A stretch of 64,000 nt of DNA, taken from positions 77,324 through 141,323 of the forward strand of contig JAFRKQ010000021.1 of assembly GCA_017431625.1 (NCBI GenBank), in the 5' to 3' direction. Each line of letters opens with the position of its first letter. Position 1 is the first letter of the stretch. Below, in pieces: positions 1 to 10,155 of the stretch. Under the pieces are notes generated by a model. That model saw only the letters and a program-made list of their open reading frames with translations, was not told the DNA's origin and did not search any database. The translations under genes and the position numbers were made by a program. The DNA comes from a bacterium. Lineage in GTDB: Bacteria > Patescibacteriota > Microgenomatia > UBA1400 > PJMF01.

Positions 1-2957
1 AGGTTTTTGGCGAAAATTTTTACCTGGAACTTGAAAGCCACGTTAATTTAGCTGGACAAGACGAGTGCAATAAGCAATTGATTGAGTGGGGGAGAAAATA
101 CGATATCGAACTGGTGGCCACCAATGACGTCCACTATCTCGAACCCGATGACGCCTTGGCCCAAGATGCCATTTCAGCCGTGGCCGCCAGGCGTTTGATG
201 TCTGATAAAAAACGCTACACGATGATTGACTCGCCCGATTATTATCTGCGTTCAAGTGAAGAGATGGCTGAGCTTTTTTCCGGTTATCCCGAGGCTTTGG
301 CCAATACAGTTAAAATTGCCGATCAGTGTCAAGTAGAAATTGAGCGCGGTCACCTTCATTTCCCCGAGTTTCCCGTACCCGAGGGCGAAACCCAAAAAAG
401 TTATTTTCGCAAGCTCACTCTAGCTGGTCTCAAGAAAAAATTTCGCACTGATGTCTTACCCAAGGATGTGCAAGAGCGTGCTGACTACGAAATGGATGTC
501 ATCTGTCAAAAAGGCTATGCCAATTATTTCTTGATCACTCAAGATTTTGTCAACTGGGCCAAAACTCATGGTATTGGTGTCGGACCAGGACGTGGTTCGG
601 CCGCAGGTTCACTGGTGGGCTATGGCCTCAATATCACCACGATCAATCCCCTCCAGCATGATTTACCTTTTGAACGTTTTCTCAATCCACAAAGACCCAC
701 TCCACCCGATATTGATATGGACTTTGCCGATGAAAAGCGTGATCAAGTTTTTGCCTATGTAGCAGACAAATATGGCGCTGACAAAGTCGCTCATGTCATT
801 ACTTTTGGCAAAATGGAGCCACGGGTGGCCGTCCGCGACATGGGACGAGTCTTGGGAATGCCTTTTGAAGAACCTGATAAAATTGCCAAACTAATCCCCA
901 ATGAACCTGGCAAACATATTACTATCGATCAAGCTATTGCCCAAGTACCCGAGTTGGCTGAATACGCCAAACAACCCAAATACGAACAACTTTTTGGTCT
1001 CGTGCGCAAGGTAGAGGGTATTGTGCGTCAATCTGGTGTGCACGCGGCCGCAGTTATTGTCGCTGACAAAAGCCTCACTGAATACATGGCCATCCAAAAA
1101 GACTCCAAAACCGGCAAAACTATTACCCAGCTGGATATGTATGTCGTTGATGTTAATGTCGCTGATGATGCAATCGGCTTGCTCAAATTTGACTTTTTGG
1201 GTCTGCGCAATCTTTCCACCATCAGCAAAGCCTTAGAACTAATCAAAGAACACAAGGGTGATGAGATTGACTTTGAACACTTACCTCTTGATGACGAACT
1301 CACTTTCAAACTCCTCCAGACTGGCGAAACCAGTGGCATTTTTCAACTCGAGTCGGCAGGTATGAGACGAGTGTGCAAAACAATGCTACCATCAACTTTT
1401 GGCGATATTACCGCTCTTTTGGCTCTCTACCGGCCTGGACCAATGGATCTGATTCCCACTTTTATCGAGGGTAAACAGCATCCGGAAAAAATTCAGTATT
1501 TACACCCCGATCTCAAGCCGATTTTAAGCCCGACTTATGGCGTTTTGGTCTACCAAGAGCAGGTTTTGAGTATTGCCAATAAATTAGCCGGCTATTCACT
1601 AGGCGAGGCAGACATTTTGCGCCGAGCCATCGGCAAAAAAAAGAAGTATCTGCTTGATGAAAATCGCAAGCGTTTCCTTGATCAGGCCGCTGCCAAAGGT
1701 TATGCTCGGACTGATATGGAACAAGTTTGGGCATACATTGAAAAGTTTGCCAGTTATGGTTTTAATAAGTCTCACGCTGCCGGCTACGCCATGATTACTT
1801 ATGAGACCGCCTATCTTAAGGCCCATTATCCTGTTGAGTACATGGCCGCGCTTTTGAGTATTGAGTCGGCTTCTACCTCGATGAATCGCGATGAAAAAAT
1901 CGCTATTGCCGTGGATAATTGTAAAAAGATGAAAATCAAGGTCTTACCTCCTCATATAAATCGCTCAAGTAAAGACTACGAAATTGAAGCTAACTCAGAT
2001 TCACTCCAAAATTTAGCCATTCGCTATGGTTTTACTGGTATTAAGGGTATTGGTATGGCCGCCATTGATCACATTGTGGCCGCTCGCGAGCGTGTGGGTG
2101 GCTTTAAGTCATTTACGCACTTTTTGCAAGAGACCGAAAAAAGCAAAGTCAATAAAAAAACTTTGGAAGCACTCATTAAAGTTGGCTGTTTTGACGACTT
2201 CGCCAATCGCGCCACTTTACTGGAAAATCTGGCAGTCATTCGCGCCGGTGCTATTGTGGACAAAGTCGATGGCCAAGATGATCTTTTCTCTGATATCGAG
2301 CAAGCTGATGTGCGTGACAATTTTCCCTTAACTCAAGAATATCCGCCCGCTGAGCTTTTGTCTTTTGAAAAGGAGCTGCTAGGCTTTTACCTCACGGCTC
2401 ACCCCATGGCTGCTGCTCTCGAGGCCGTGCGCCAGCGTGCCAATAAAAAAATTGGCGACCTCATTTTGGAAACTGACAAAGACAATACTTACACTTTCGG
2501 CGGTCTGATCGAGCAATTCCGGCAAGTTACTACCAAAAAAGGCGATGCCATGGGTTTTGGTCAATTTAGTGACGGCACCGGCAGCGTGGAATTTGTGGCT
2601 TTCCCTCGTGTTTTCGCTGCTACACCAGAGTTTTTTGCTCCTGACAGTGTGGTTAATTTACGCGCCCGCGTCCAGGATAAAGACGGTGATCTCAATCTAG
2701 TCGTCGAGCAAGTTGGTCGACCGTCCAATAATATTTTACAAGAAAAAGAACTGGAGATGGCTCACAAAATCCTCATTCCTCGCTCCACACCACGCCAAAA
2801 TCTGACTCTTATCGGCGACTTGCTCAAAGCCAGTCCTGGTCATGACAAGGTTGTTGTCGCTGTTTCTGGTCCCACAGGGATTGAAAATAAGCTCTTGCCC
2901 TATACCGTCGGTTGGTCAAGCGAGCTTGAAACCAAAATTAAAGCCTTAACAGCCTAA
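1..2957 (+). CDS. dnaE: DNA polymerase III alpha subunit (DnaE-type), 5'-truncated by window edge
   Basis: Frame stays open to position 3 (…FGENFYLELESH… PHP-domain motif). Downstream conserved DnaE blocks (GYANYFLI, GVGPGRGSAAGSLV, FGLVRKVEGIVRQSGVHAAAVIV, C-terminal OB region). Stop TAA at 2955-2957. Confidence 0.95.
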   Translation, partial: VFGENFYLELESHVNLAGQDECNKQLIEWGRKYDIELVATNDVHYLEPDDALAQDAISAVAARRLMSDKKRYTMIDSPDYYLRSSEEMAELFSGYPEALANTVKIADQCQVEIERGHLHFPEFPVPEGETQKSYFRKLTLAGLKKKFRTDVLPKDVQERADYEMDVICQKGYANYFLITQDFVNWAKTHGIGVGPGRGSAAGSLVGYGLNITTINPLQHDLPFERFLNPQRPTPPDIDMDFADEKRDQVFAYVADKYGADKVAHVITFGKMEPRVAVRDMGRVLGMPFEEPDKIAKLIPNEPGKHITIDQAIAQVPELAEYAKQPKYEQLFGLVRKVEGIVRQSGVHAAAVIVADKSLTEYMAIQKDSKTGKTITQLDMYVVDVNVADDAIGLLKFDFLGLRNLSTISKALELIKEHKGDEIDFEHLPLDDELTFKLLQTGETSGIFQLESAGMRRVCKTMLPSTFGDITALLALYRPGPMDLIPTFIEGKQHPEKIQYLHPDLKPILSPTYGVLVYQEQVLSIANKLAGYSLGEADILRRAIGKKKKYLLDENRKRFLDQAAAKGYARTDMEQVWAYIEKFASYGFNKSHAAGYAMITYETAYLKAHYPVEYMAALLSIESASTSMNRDEKIAIAVDNCKKMKIKVLPPHINRSSKDYEIEANSDSLQNLAIRYGFTGIKGIGMAAIDHIVAARERVGGFKSFTHFLQETEKSKVNKKTLEALIKVGCFDDFANRATLLENLAVIRAGAIVDKVDGQDDLFSDIEQADVRDNFPLTQEYPPAELLSFEKELLGFYLTAHPMAAALEAVRQRANKKIGDLILETDKDNTYTFGGLIEQFRQVTTKKGDAMGFGQFSDGTGSVEFVAFPRVFAATPEFFAPDSVVNLRARVQDKDGDLNLVVEQVGRPSNNILQEKELEMAHKILIPRSTPRQNLTLIGDLLKASPGHDKVVVAVSGPTGIENKLLPYTVGWSSELETKIKALTA

Positions 2958-4034
2958 TTATTTCTTTTTGGCTTGAGAGAAAATCTCCAAAAGTGTCAAT
3001 TCAAGCTCCAAGTAAGGAACAATCGTATTGGGCGTCACTCGTATTAACTTTTTGAGCAAAAACTCAGTCTGTTTATAATTAAGTTTGGTAGGACCAGTTT
3101 TCTTGATATTGGCGATCAACTGATCATACAAAAAAGTCAGCAAGGTCTTGAGAAAAAATGATTCGTCAAGGTTGAGCGCACGCAAATTGGCAAAATAATC
3201 TACCAAGGCTTGTTCGTCTTTGTTCAAAGTAATAGTCACCAAGGTCTCAATTTGTTGATCAAGTCCCCCCACCAAGAGTTTTTCCACTTGAGCAACACTA
3301 ATCTCACCACTTTGAGCCACATTTTGGAGCAATTTGACTCCATCACGAAAACTCCCATCTGCCAGGGAAGCAATTTGTCTCAAGGCTCTGGCATCAGCCG
3401 TTAATTTTTGTTCGGTCAAAATCCGCTCAAAATTGGCCACCAGCTCATCTTCACTGGCCCGACGATAATTCACCACCAAACAGCGTGACACCACTGTCGC
3501 TGGAATTTTGTGCAATTCGGTGGTCGCCAAAATAAAAAAAGCGTAGGCTGGCGGCTCTTCCAAAACCTTCAACAAAGCATTGAAAGCCTCGGCAGTAAAC
3601 ATATGGACCTCGTCTAAAATATAGACTAAAACTTGAGATAAAGGCGGGGGCACATAGACTTGCTCTTGCAGAGCACGTACATCATCAATCCCTCGATGAG
3701 AAGCAGCGTCAATTTCCACGACTGCATAAGAATTGCCTTGCAAAATATCCATAATCCCTGGTTGGTCGAGCTCGGGATCGGCCAAGCCTGTAGCCGGCTT
3801 CTGACCGGAAGGATGTAAATAACACTGTTGTATCAATGCTTTATTGGCTGGCGTATTGAGCGTGGCCGCCAAAATCCGGGCTGTCGAAGTTTTCCCGGTA
3901 CCCTTGGGACCAGCAAAAAGCATCACTTGGGGGAAATTCACCCCAGCTTGCAATTGTAACATTTGCTCACGAACACTGGTTAGCTGTAAATCAGCAAACC
4001 GATGCGGTCGATAATAATTAGTCCAGGCAATCAT
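2958..4034 (-). CDS. dnaX: DNA polymerase III tau/gamma subunit
   Basis: MIAWTNYYRPHRFADL…FAGPKGTGKTSTARI (Walker A)…ILDEVHMF (Walker B). Start moved to internal ATG (4034), 6 nt after an extended -10. Stop abuts dnaE stop (convergent, 0-bp gap). Confidence 0.9.
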   Translation of the reverse strand: MIAWTNYYRPHRFADLQLTSVREQMLQLQAGVNFPQVMLFAGPKGTGKTSTARILAATLNTPANKALIQQCYLHPSGQKPATGLADPELDQPGIMDILQGNSYAVVEIDAASHRGIDDVRALQEQVYVPPPLSQVLVYILDEVHMFTAEAFNALLKVLEEPPAYAFFILATTELHKIPATVVSRCLVVNYRRASEDELVANFERILTEQKLTADARALRQIASLADGSFRDGVKLLQNVAQSGEISVAQVEKLLVGGLDQQIETLVTITLNKDEQALVDYFANLRALNLDESFFLKTLLTFLYDQLIANIKKTGPTKLNYKQTEFLLKKLIRVTPNTIVPYLELELTLLEIFSQAKKK

Positions 4035-4040
4035 GCGCGC

Positions 4041-4066
4041 ATTATACCATAATTTTGTGGTATAAT
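4041..4066. promoter_or_regulatory. Palindromic bidirectional promoter: ATTATACCA-N8-TGGTATAAT gives an extended -10 on each strand for leaderless dnaX (-) and fpg (+)
   Basis: TGGTATAAT at 4058-4066 on + with fpg ATG 6 nt downstream. Its reverse complement at 4041-4050 on - with dnaX ATG 6 nt downstream. Confidence 0.6.
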
Positions 4067-4072
4067 CAAGGC

Positions 4073-4933
4073 ATGCCAGAGTTGCCAGAAGTTGAAACCG
4101 TTGCCCGAAGTCTAAGACCATTCTTACTGGGACAAACAATCACCCGCATTGAGATTTTTAAAGACAAAAGTTTTCCCGATGTAGCCCAGCAAAAACATGT
4201 TTTGGGCGTGAAAATTGTCGCTATCAAACGTCGAGCTAAGCTTATCATCATCGATTTTGCCAATAATTATCATTTGGTCACCCACCTGAAAATGACCGGC
4301 CAGCTTTTGTATCGTCACCAAGGCCACAATCAAGCTGGCGGTGGCCACCCCACAGCTGATATTTTTGCCGACTTACCAAGTAAACACACCCGTGTAGCCT
4401 ATACCCTTAGCAATCAGGATCACTTATTTTTTAATGATCTGCGTATTTTTGGCTGGCAAAAGATTTTCACCACTTCCCAGTTGCAAAGTGAACTGGCCAA
4501 ATATGGTCCCGATGCCAACGCCTTGAATTCCCACGACATCCATGCTCTTGAGATCAGCTGGGCTCGCTGTCGCCGGCCAATCAAACAGGTCTTGATGGAT
4601 AATAAATATTTAAGCGGTCTGGGCAATATTTATGCCGCCGAAGTTTGTTATCGCACTCGCTTGGATCCGCGCACACCAACCATGAAAGTCACCCCTGGTC
4701 AAATTGAGGCCCTCGCACAACAAGCTCATGATTTACTGACAGAAGCCATCAAATATGGCGGGACGACTTTTGATGGTCGCTATGTTGATGCCAATGGTCA
4801 GGGTGGTAACTTTGAAAGCCATTTGGATGTTTACGGTCGTGCCAATCAGCCATGTCATCGATGTGGTCATTTGCTCGAAACTCTCAAAATTGGCGGACGT
4901 AGCACAGTATTTTGCCCGGAGTGTCAACGATGA
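4073..4933 (+). CDS. mutM: Formamidopyrimidine-DNA glycosylase (Fpg/MutM)
   Basis: N-terminal MPELPEVE catalytic motif and C-terminal zinc finger CHRCG…CPECQ. Start corrected to MPELPEV. Confidence 0.9.
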   Translation: MPELPEVETVARSLRPFLLGQTITRIEIFKDKSFPDVAQQKHVLGVKIVAIKRRAKLIIIDFANNYHLVTHLKMTGQLLYRHQGHNQAGGGHPTADIFADLPSKHTRVAYTLSNQDHLFFNDLRIFGWQKIFTTSQLQSELAKYGPDANALNSHDIHALEISWARCRRPIKQVLMDNKYLSGLGNIYAAEVCYRTRLDPRTPTMKVTPGQIEALAQQAHDLLTEAIKYGGTTFDGRYVDANGQGGNFESHLDVYGRANQPCHRCGHLLETLKIGGRSTVFCPECQR

Positions 4934-5427
4934 TTATCATGGGAATTGATCCAGGATTCGATCGGATTGGCTGGGCAGTCGGTCAATTACTCGGTCAGCA
5001 CCAACTTAATCTTTTGAGTTATGGACTCGTGGAAACCAATAAAAAAGCCGATCTTTTTACTCGCTACGCTCAAATTGAGCGTGAATTTAATGCGCTTACT
5101 AAAGAATTCCAAGTAGACGAAGCCGCCCTAGAAACCCTAGTGTTTTTTCGCAATTACACGACCGTGATCCCAGTAGCTCAGGCTCGAGGAATTATTCTTA
5201 GCAGCCTTATTCGTCATCAAGTGAAAATTTTTGAGTATTCACCACCGCAAATCAAAATGAGCGTCACGGGTTTTGGTCGTGCCGATAAAGCAGCCGTAGC
5301 CAAAATGGTCAGACTACAATTACACCTAGATGAACAGACAAAAATTATTGATGATACCTATGATGCCTTGGCAGTTTTACTCACTCACCTTGGTAGTCGT
5401 GGCCTACAACAGCAAACAAAGGTTTGA
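4930..5427 (+). CDS. ruvC: Holliday junction resolvase RuvC
   Basis: MIIMGIDPGFDRIGWAV…DALAVLLTHL. ATGA overlap with fpg stop. Confidence 0.8.
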   Translation: MIIMGIDPGFDRIGWAVGQLLGQHQLNLLSYGLVETNKKADLFTRYAQIEREFNALTKEFQVDEAALETLVFFRNYTTVIPVAQARGIILSSLIRHQVKIFEYSPPQIKMSVTGFGRADKAAVAKMVRLQLHLDEQTKIIDDTYDALAVLLTHLGSRGLQQQTKV

Positions 5428-5689
5428 CGAACTTTCAATCTTATGGGATTTTAACCCCAATTTTCAAAAAAAATCCAGACGGAAAAATTGTTAAATATCC
5501 TATAACATATTTATATTAAAATTTTTCCTCAAGGAGGTCAAAAATATTATCGGTCTTTTTTGTACAATTTATTTATACAATTTAACAAATAAATACTTAT
5601 ATATAAACATATATTAATAATAAATATTATTAAAAGTTAAGAAAAAACTGCTTTGGTTTTCGAGAGTTTTGGTTGTATAATAGGAAAAT

Positions 5690-6532
5690 ATGGATTACGT
5701 GGAAATCATCGAAAACTACGTCAAGCAAGCCTGGGAACAAGGAGAAGCCACCGCCGATATCAAGGCTCAGCTAATTGCTAAGCGTTGGCCAGAGGAAATG
5801 GTCACCGCTGTCATTGATCGACTGGTCAAGCACCGAGTGGAGACAGACGAGGGGAAGCTACCAGAGATTAATGGCCCCGACTTCTGGTCGCAACCAACTT
5901 GGCCGACTGACAGTAGTGGTTGGAATGCACCACCGGCACCACAGCAACAGACAGTCAAAAATGAAAAGTCTAGTCCGCTTTCTCAGATATCTTTGCCCCA
6001 AAAACCTCACAAAAGGCGTTTTAGCGCTCTGATTGCCGCCAATTCTCACGCCCATCAGCCCAGTACGCTACCAGCAGCATCCTTAACCACGAATTCCCAG
6101 CCTACCAGCACAATAGCCAACAATCAATTACCCAACACCAATCAAGCCCAGCCTACTGATTCATCAACTAGTATCCAAGCTGATCCTCCAGCCCAAAACC
6201 CGACACCAACTACTATCAATTCCCCTCAAGTCAATCCTCAACTTCACACCGATAATGTTTTGCCAACTGCCCTAAGCGCCAATAATTTGCAGACTCAGAC
6301 AGATGAGCCACCATTGGCTATCAGTCCCAATTCACCCAAAACAAAAGCCGAAATTATCACTTCACTACAAACGCGTGACCATCAACAAAAGAAATTACCG
6401 CAAAAACTGCAAGAAAATCGGATTGCGCGATTTGAAGACGAAAAAATCCAGGTTCGCAGTCTAATTTTCCTCGCCTGTCTGTTTTTTGTGTTGGTTTTGG
6501 CACTTTTGTGGCGTTTTTTTGTGGTACAATAA
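5690..6532 (+). CDS. Hypothetical protein: folded N-terminus, long Pro/Gln/Thr/Ser-rich low-complexity region, C-terminal TM anchor
   Basis: Long ORF after a 262-bp AT-rich promoter region. RBS aggaaaatATG. C-terminal hydrophobic segment IFLACLFFVLVLALLW. Confidence 0.5.
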   Translation: MDYVEIIENYVKQAWEQGEATADIKAQLIAKRWPEEMVTAVIDRLVKHRVETDEGKLPEINGPDFWSQPTWPTDSSGWNAPPAPQQQTVKNEKSSPLSQISLPQKPHKRRFSALIAANSHAHQPSTLPAASLTTNSQPTSTIANNQLPNTNQAQPTDSSTSIQADPPAQNPTPTTINSPQVNPQLHTDNVLPTALSANNLQTQTDEPPLAISPNSPKTKAEIITSLQTRDHQQKKLPQKLQENRIARFEDEKIQVRSLIFLACLFFVLVLALLWRFFVVQ

Positions 6533-6537
6533 GGAGT

Positions 6538-7089
6538 ATGCAAATGAATCGTGAGGAAAAATTTTTTCGTTGGTCAGTGATCGCAATGGTGGTTGCTATT
6601 GCCTTCTGGTTGGTACCAGGTTGGCTTGATCAGGCCACCAGGGTTCAAAAACAAAAACAAAAAGAAGCCCAAAAACAAGCTGTTATCAAGGAAACCCCCG
6701 AGCCAACTCCAATCACTGGGATTGTTGTAGATGGCGATGAGGCGGGTATGGAAGTCGATATGAGCGATGCTTTATTAATCATGGACATTAAGGACGGAGA
6801 AGGGCCAGAGGCCAAAGCCGGCGATCACATCAGCGCCCACTATGTTGGCACTTTAAGCGATGGTACCGTTTTTGACAGCTCTCGCGATCGTGGCGTTCCA
6901 TTTGACTTCACCCTTGGCGCTGGACAGGTAATCCAAGGCTGGGATGAAGGAATTGTTGGCATGAAGGTAGGCGGCATTCGCAAGCTCACTATTCCTCCAG
7001 AAATGGGCTACGGCGATCGCGCCGTTGGCTCCATTCCGGCCAATAGCACTCTGACTTTTGAGGTGGAACTAATGGAGATCTTGCCATGA
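6538..7089 (+). CDS. FKBP-type peptidyl-prolyl cis-trans isomerase, membrane-anchored
   Basis: N-terminal TM helix. C-terminal FKBP domain GDHISAHYVGTLSDGTVFDSS…GWDEGIVGMKVGGIRKLTIP. RBS aaggag before ATG 6538. Confidence 0.85.
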   Translation: MQMNREEKFFRWSVIAMVVAIAFWLVPGWLDQATRVQKQKQKEAQKQAVIKETPEPTPITGIVVDGDEAGMEVDMSDALLIMDIKDGEGPEAKAGDHISAHYVGTLSDGTVFDSSRDRGVPFDFTLGAGQVIQGWDEGIVGMKVGGIRKLTIPPEMGYGDRAVGSIPANSTLTFEVELMEILP

Positions 7090-7388
7090 AGTTTGACCGC
7101 CAGTTTGTCTACCAAATAGCCAATCTCGCCAAAATTCCCGTCGGCGACGATCAAGCAGACACTTTAGCAGGTGAATTTGAAGAGTCCATGAAGGTAGTTG
7201 ATCAGCTCACCAAAATCAAAACTGATGGCATCAAGCCAACTTTTCAAGTCAACAATCTAGTCAACGTCTGGCGCGAGGATGTTGTTGAGACAGACCAGAT
7301 GTTGACTCAAGCGCAAGCCCTACAAAACGCCCCCAGAACCCACCAAGGTTATTTTGTCGTAGAAAGGGTAATTGACCATGAAGCTTAA
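7086..7388 (+). CDS. gatC: Glu-tRNA(Gln)/Asp-tRNA(Asn) amidotransferase subunit C
   Basis: About 100 aa, overlapping operon position immediately upstream of gatA. GatC-like sequence. Confidence 0.85.
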   Translation: MKFDRQFVYQIANLAKIPVGDDQADTLAGEFEESMKVVDQLTKIKTDGIKPTFQVNNLVNVWREDVVETDQMLTQAQALQNAPRTHQGYFVVERVIDHEA

Positions 7389-8760
7389 TCAACTCACTTT
7401 TGTGCAGGCCCTGGAGGGCATTAAGGCCAAGAAATTTTCTGGTCGTGAGGTTTTTGCTGACTGTCTGCAAGCTATTAAGGAAAAAAACCCCACCCTCAAT
7501 GCTTACTTGGACGTCGCCACGCCTGATGATTTTCCACAAAAACCCGGCAAGTATGCTGGTTTGCCCTTGGCCGTTAAGGACAACTTTTGCACTCTTGATT
7601 ATTACACTCGGGCTAGTAGCCGAGTTTTGGACGGTTTTCGCGCCCCTTATCAAGCCACAGTGGTACAAAAACTCGCCGATAGTGGTTTTAGTTTTTTGGG
7701 CAAAACCAATATGGACGCTTGGGCTCATGGCTCCAGCACCGAAACTTCTGACTACGGACCAAGCAAAAACCCGCGCAATCTCAAGCATGCTCCCGGAGGC
7801 AGTAGTGGTGGTTCGGCCGCGGCGGTCGCCGCCGATATGTGTTTGGCTGCCTTGGGCACTGAGACTGCTGGCAGCGTGCGCCAACCAGCCGCTTGGTGTG
7901 GCTGCGTGGGCTTTCGCCCCAGCTATGGCCGCGCGAGTCGCTATGGCGTGATCTCCATGGCTTCAAGCACCGATTCACCAGGATTTTTAACCAAAACAGT
8001 CGCTGATGCGGCCGCGCTCACACCCTTGATTTGTGGACCCGATCCCCATGATGCCACCAGCAGCTGGGAGCCATTCCCTGATTTGACCCGCAGTCTGCGC
8101 ACTGACCTTAAAGGCAAGAAAATTGGTTTTTTGTATCTTGATATCCCTGGTCTTGAGCCAATGCGAGCTCATTATGAGCAAGCTTGGAAAGATCTCGAAA
8201 AGCTTGGTGCCAAAGTTGAGACTGCCAAGGCACGCGATCCACAAGAAGCCATTGGTGTTTATACTGTGGTACAGCGCAGCGAAGTCAGTAGCAATCTCGG
8301 CCGATTTGATGGCGTGCGTTATGGTCACGGACGAGATACTTTTGGCGCTGAGGCTAGACGGCGGATTATTTTGGGTACTTTTTTGCTCTCCCAAGGCTAT
8401 GCTGACAAATATTATCTCCAAGCCCAAAAGGTGCGAACTCTATTTATGCAAGATTTTGCCTCACTTTTTTCTCAATATGATGTCTTAGTGAGCCCGACTT
8501 CGCCCTCTTTTGCCAAGACACTAGGCAGTAGCGAAAACTCCGCTCTTTTTGGCGAACTAGAAGATATTTTTGTCGAGCCAAGTGCCATTTGTGGCCTTCC
8601 TAGTGGTTCTGTGCCTTGCTATCATGACCCCAAAACCAATCTTTACCTGGGATTAAATGTCATGGCGCCATATCATCACGAACAAGCCGTCATTGAAGTC
8701 ATGAGTGCCTTTGAACATGCCACTGCATGGAATAGTTGGATAAATCAAGACAATTTGTAA
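7372..8760 (+). CDS. gatA: Glu-tRNA(Gln) amidotransferase subunit A
   Basis: Amidase signature GGSSGGSAAAVAA, 462 aa. Confidence 0.95.
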   Translation: MTMKLNQLTFVQALEGIKAKKFSGREVFADCLQAIKEKNPTLNAYLDVATPDDFPQKPGKYAGLPLAVKDNFCTLDYYTRASSRVLDGFRAPYQATVVQKLADSGFSFLGKTNMDAWAHGSSTETSDYGPSKNPRNLKHAPGGSSGGSAAAVAADMCLAALGTETAGSVRQPAAWCGCVGFRPSYGRASRYGVISMASSTDSPGFLTKTVADAAALTPLICGPDPHDATSSWEPFPDLTRSLRTDLKGKKIGFLYLDIPGLEPMRAHYEQAWKDLEKLGAKVETAKARDPQEAIGVYTVVQRSEVSSNLGRFDGVRYGHGRDTFGAEARRRIILGTFLLSQGYADKYYLQAQKVRTLFMQDFASLFSQYDVLVSPTSPSFAKTLGSSENSALFGELEDIFVEPSAICGLPSGSVPCYHDPKTNLYLGLNVMAPYHHEQAVIEVMSAFEHATAWNSWINQDNL

Positions 8761-8767
8761 AGGAATT

Positions 8768-10102
8768 ATGTCGTATCATTTGGTGTGCGGATTAGAAATC
8801 CATACAGAACTCAAAACCAACAGTAAAATGTTTTGCGGTTGTAAAAATGATCCTTTTGGCGCTCCCAAGCCCAATATTTACACGTGCCCAGTCTGCTTGG
8901 GGCTACCAGGAGCTTTGCCTGTCGCCAACAAAAAGGCAATCGAGTGGACCATCAAACTCGGACTCTTTTTGGGCTGTAAGATCAATCTTGACTCCAAATT
9001 TGATCGCAAGAATTATTTTTACCCAGATCTCCCCAAAAGTTACCAGATCAGCCAATTTGATCTCCCATTTTGTTATGCTGGTCACGTCGACACTGATTGG
9101 GGAGTGGTACGTATCAACCGTATTCATTTAGAGGAAGATACCGCCAAACTACTCCACCAAGAAATTGATGGCCAAAAAGTCACCCTGATTGATTTTAATC
9201 GCTCAAGCGTGCCTTTGATTGAAATTGTCACTGAGCCAGACATTATCAATAGTCAACAAGCCAAACAATACGCCAAAAAAATTCAAGAAGCCGTTCGCCT
9301 TTTGGGTATTGGCGATGCCGACATGCAAAAAGGTGGTATGCGCCTGGAGGCTAATATTTCTTTGCGTGACGATCAACAAGTCAAAAACAACCAATTGCCA
9401 GACTATAAAGTTGAAGTGAAAAATATTAACTCTTTTAATTTTATGGGCCAAGCGATTGATTATGAAATCAAACGGCAAACACGCCTCTTGGAAGCCGGGG
9501 AGAAAATCAAGCAAGAAACCCGCGGCTGGGATAGCGTCAATAATAAAACTTTCCTCCAGCGTAGCAAGGAGAATGCCGCTGACTACCGTTATTTCCCCGA
9601 TCCTGATTTACCAGTAGTTCATTTTGAACCCGAACAAATTGAAGCTATTCGGCAAACTCTGCCACTCACTCACGATGCTCATTTGTCAGCTTGGGAAAAG
9701 GACTATGGCATTGAGCCTAAGTACGGCCAAAAATTCATGGAAAAAGCTGACCAAGTAGCTTGGGCCGATGAGCTTTGGCAACAAGCCAAAAAAGACCAGC
9801 TTGACCCCAATAAACTTGCCAATTTCCTTGCCAATGGCAAAATTGATTACCACTCAGGTGAGACGGTAGCGGTGATTATTGAGCGCTTCCGAGAACTTAC
9901 CAAAGTCGCCAGTTCGAGCAATGATGAGCTTACCCGTGTCATTGATCAAGTTTTGAGGCAAAACTCTGCCGAAGTCACTCGCTTCCAAGCAGGTGAAAAA
10001 AAGCTTTTGGGCTTTTTTATGGGTCAAATCATGAAAGCCGCGGGCAAAAAACTTGATGCTGCCAAAGTCAATCAACTCTTGCGCCAACAATTACAAGCCT
10101 GA
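8768..10102 (+). CDS. gatB: Glu-tRNA(Gln) amidotransferase subunit B
   Basis: MSYHLVCGLEIHTEL…CPVCLGLPGALP. 444 aa. Confidence 0.95.
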   Translation: MSYHLVCGLEIHTELKTNSKMFCGCKNDPFGAPKPNIYTCPVCLGLPGALPVANKKAIEWTIKLGLFLGCKINLDSKFDRKNYFYPDLPKSYQISQFDLPFCYAGHVDTDWGVVRINRIHLEEDTAKLLHQEIDGQKVTLIDFNRSSVPLIEIVTEPDIINSQQAKQYAKKIQEAVRLLGIGDADMQKGGMRLEANISLRDDQQVKNNQLPDYKVEVKNINSFNFMGQAIDYEIKRQTRLLEAGEKIKQETRGWDSVNNKTFLQRSKENAADYRYFPDPDLPVVHFEPEQIEAIRQTLPLTHDAHLSAWEKDYGIEPKYGQKFMEKADQVAWADELWQQAKKDQLDPNKLANFLANGKIDYHSGETVAVIIERFRELTKVASSSNDELTRVIDQVLRQNSAEVTRFQAGEKKLLGFFMGQIMKAAGKKLDAAKVNQLLRQQLQA

Positions 10103-10119
10103 GTACCAAATACATTGAT

Positions 10120-10148
10120 TTGACGCTGACAAGGAAAAATGATATACT
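10120..10148 (+). promoter_or_regulatory. Sigma70-like promoter TTGACG-17-TATACT, leaderless for cyclophilin gene
   Basis: -35 at 10120-10125, -10 at 10143-10148, ATG at 10156. Confidence 0.55.
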
Positions 10149-10155
10149 AAAAACT

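Noticed and set aside
43-2564. Multiple short ORFs antisense or out-of-frame within dnaE (43-255, 547-762, 891-1339, 1513-1826, 2026-2331, 2379-2564)
   Set aside because: Fully nested inside a well-supported conserved long CDS, no RBS or promoter context. Shadow ORFs.
7400-8488. Alternative-frame ORFs overlapping gatA (7400-7951, 7261-7884, 7987-8427, 8123-8488)
   Set aside because: gatA frame carries the amidase signature. These are frame-shadow artefacts of a GC-skewed codon pattern.
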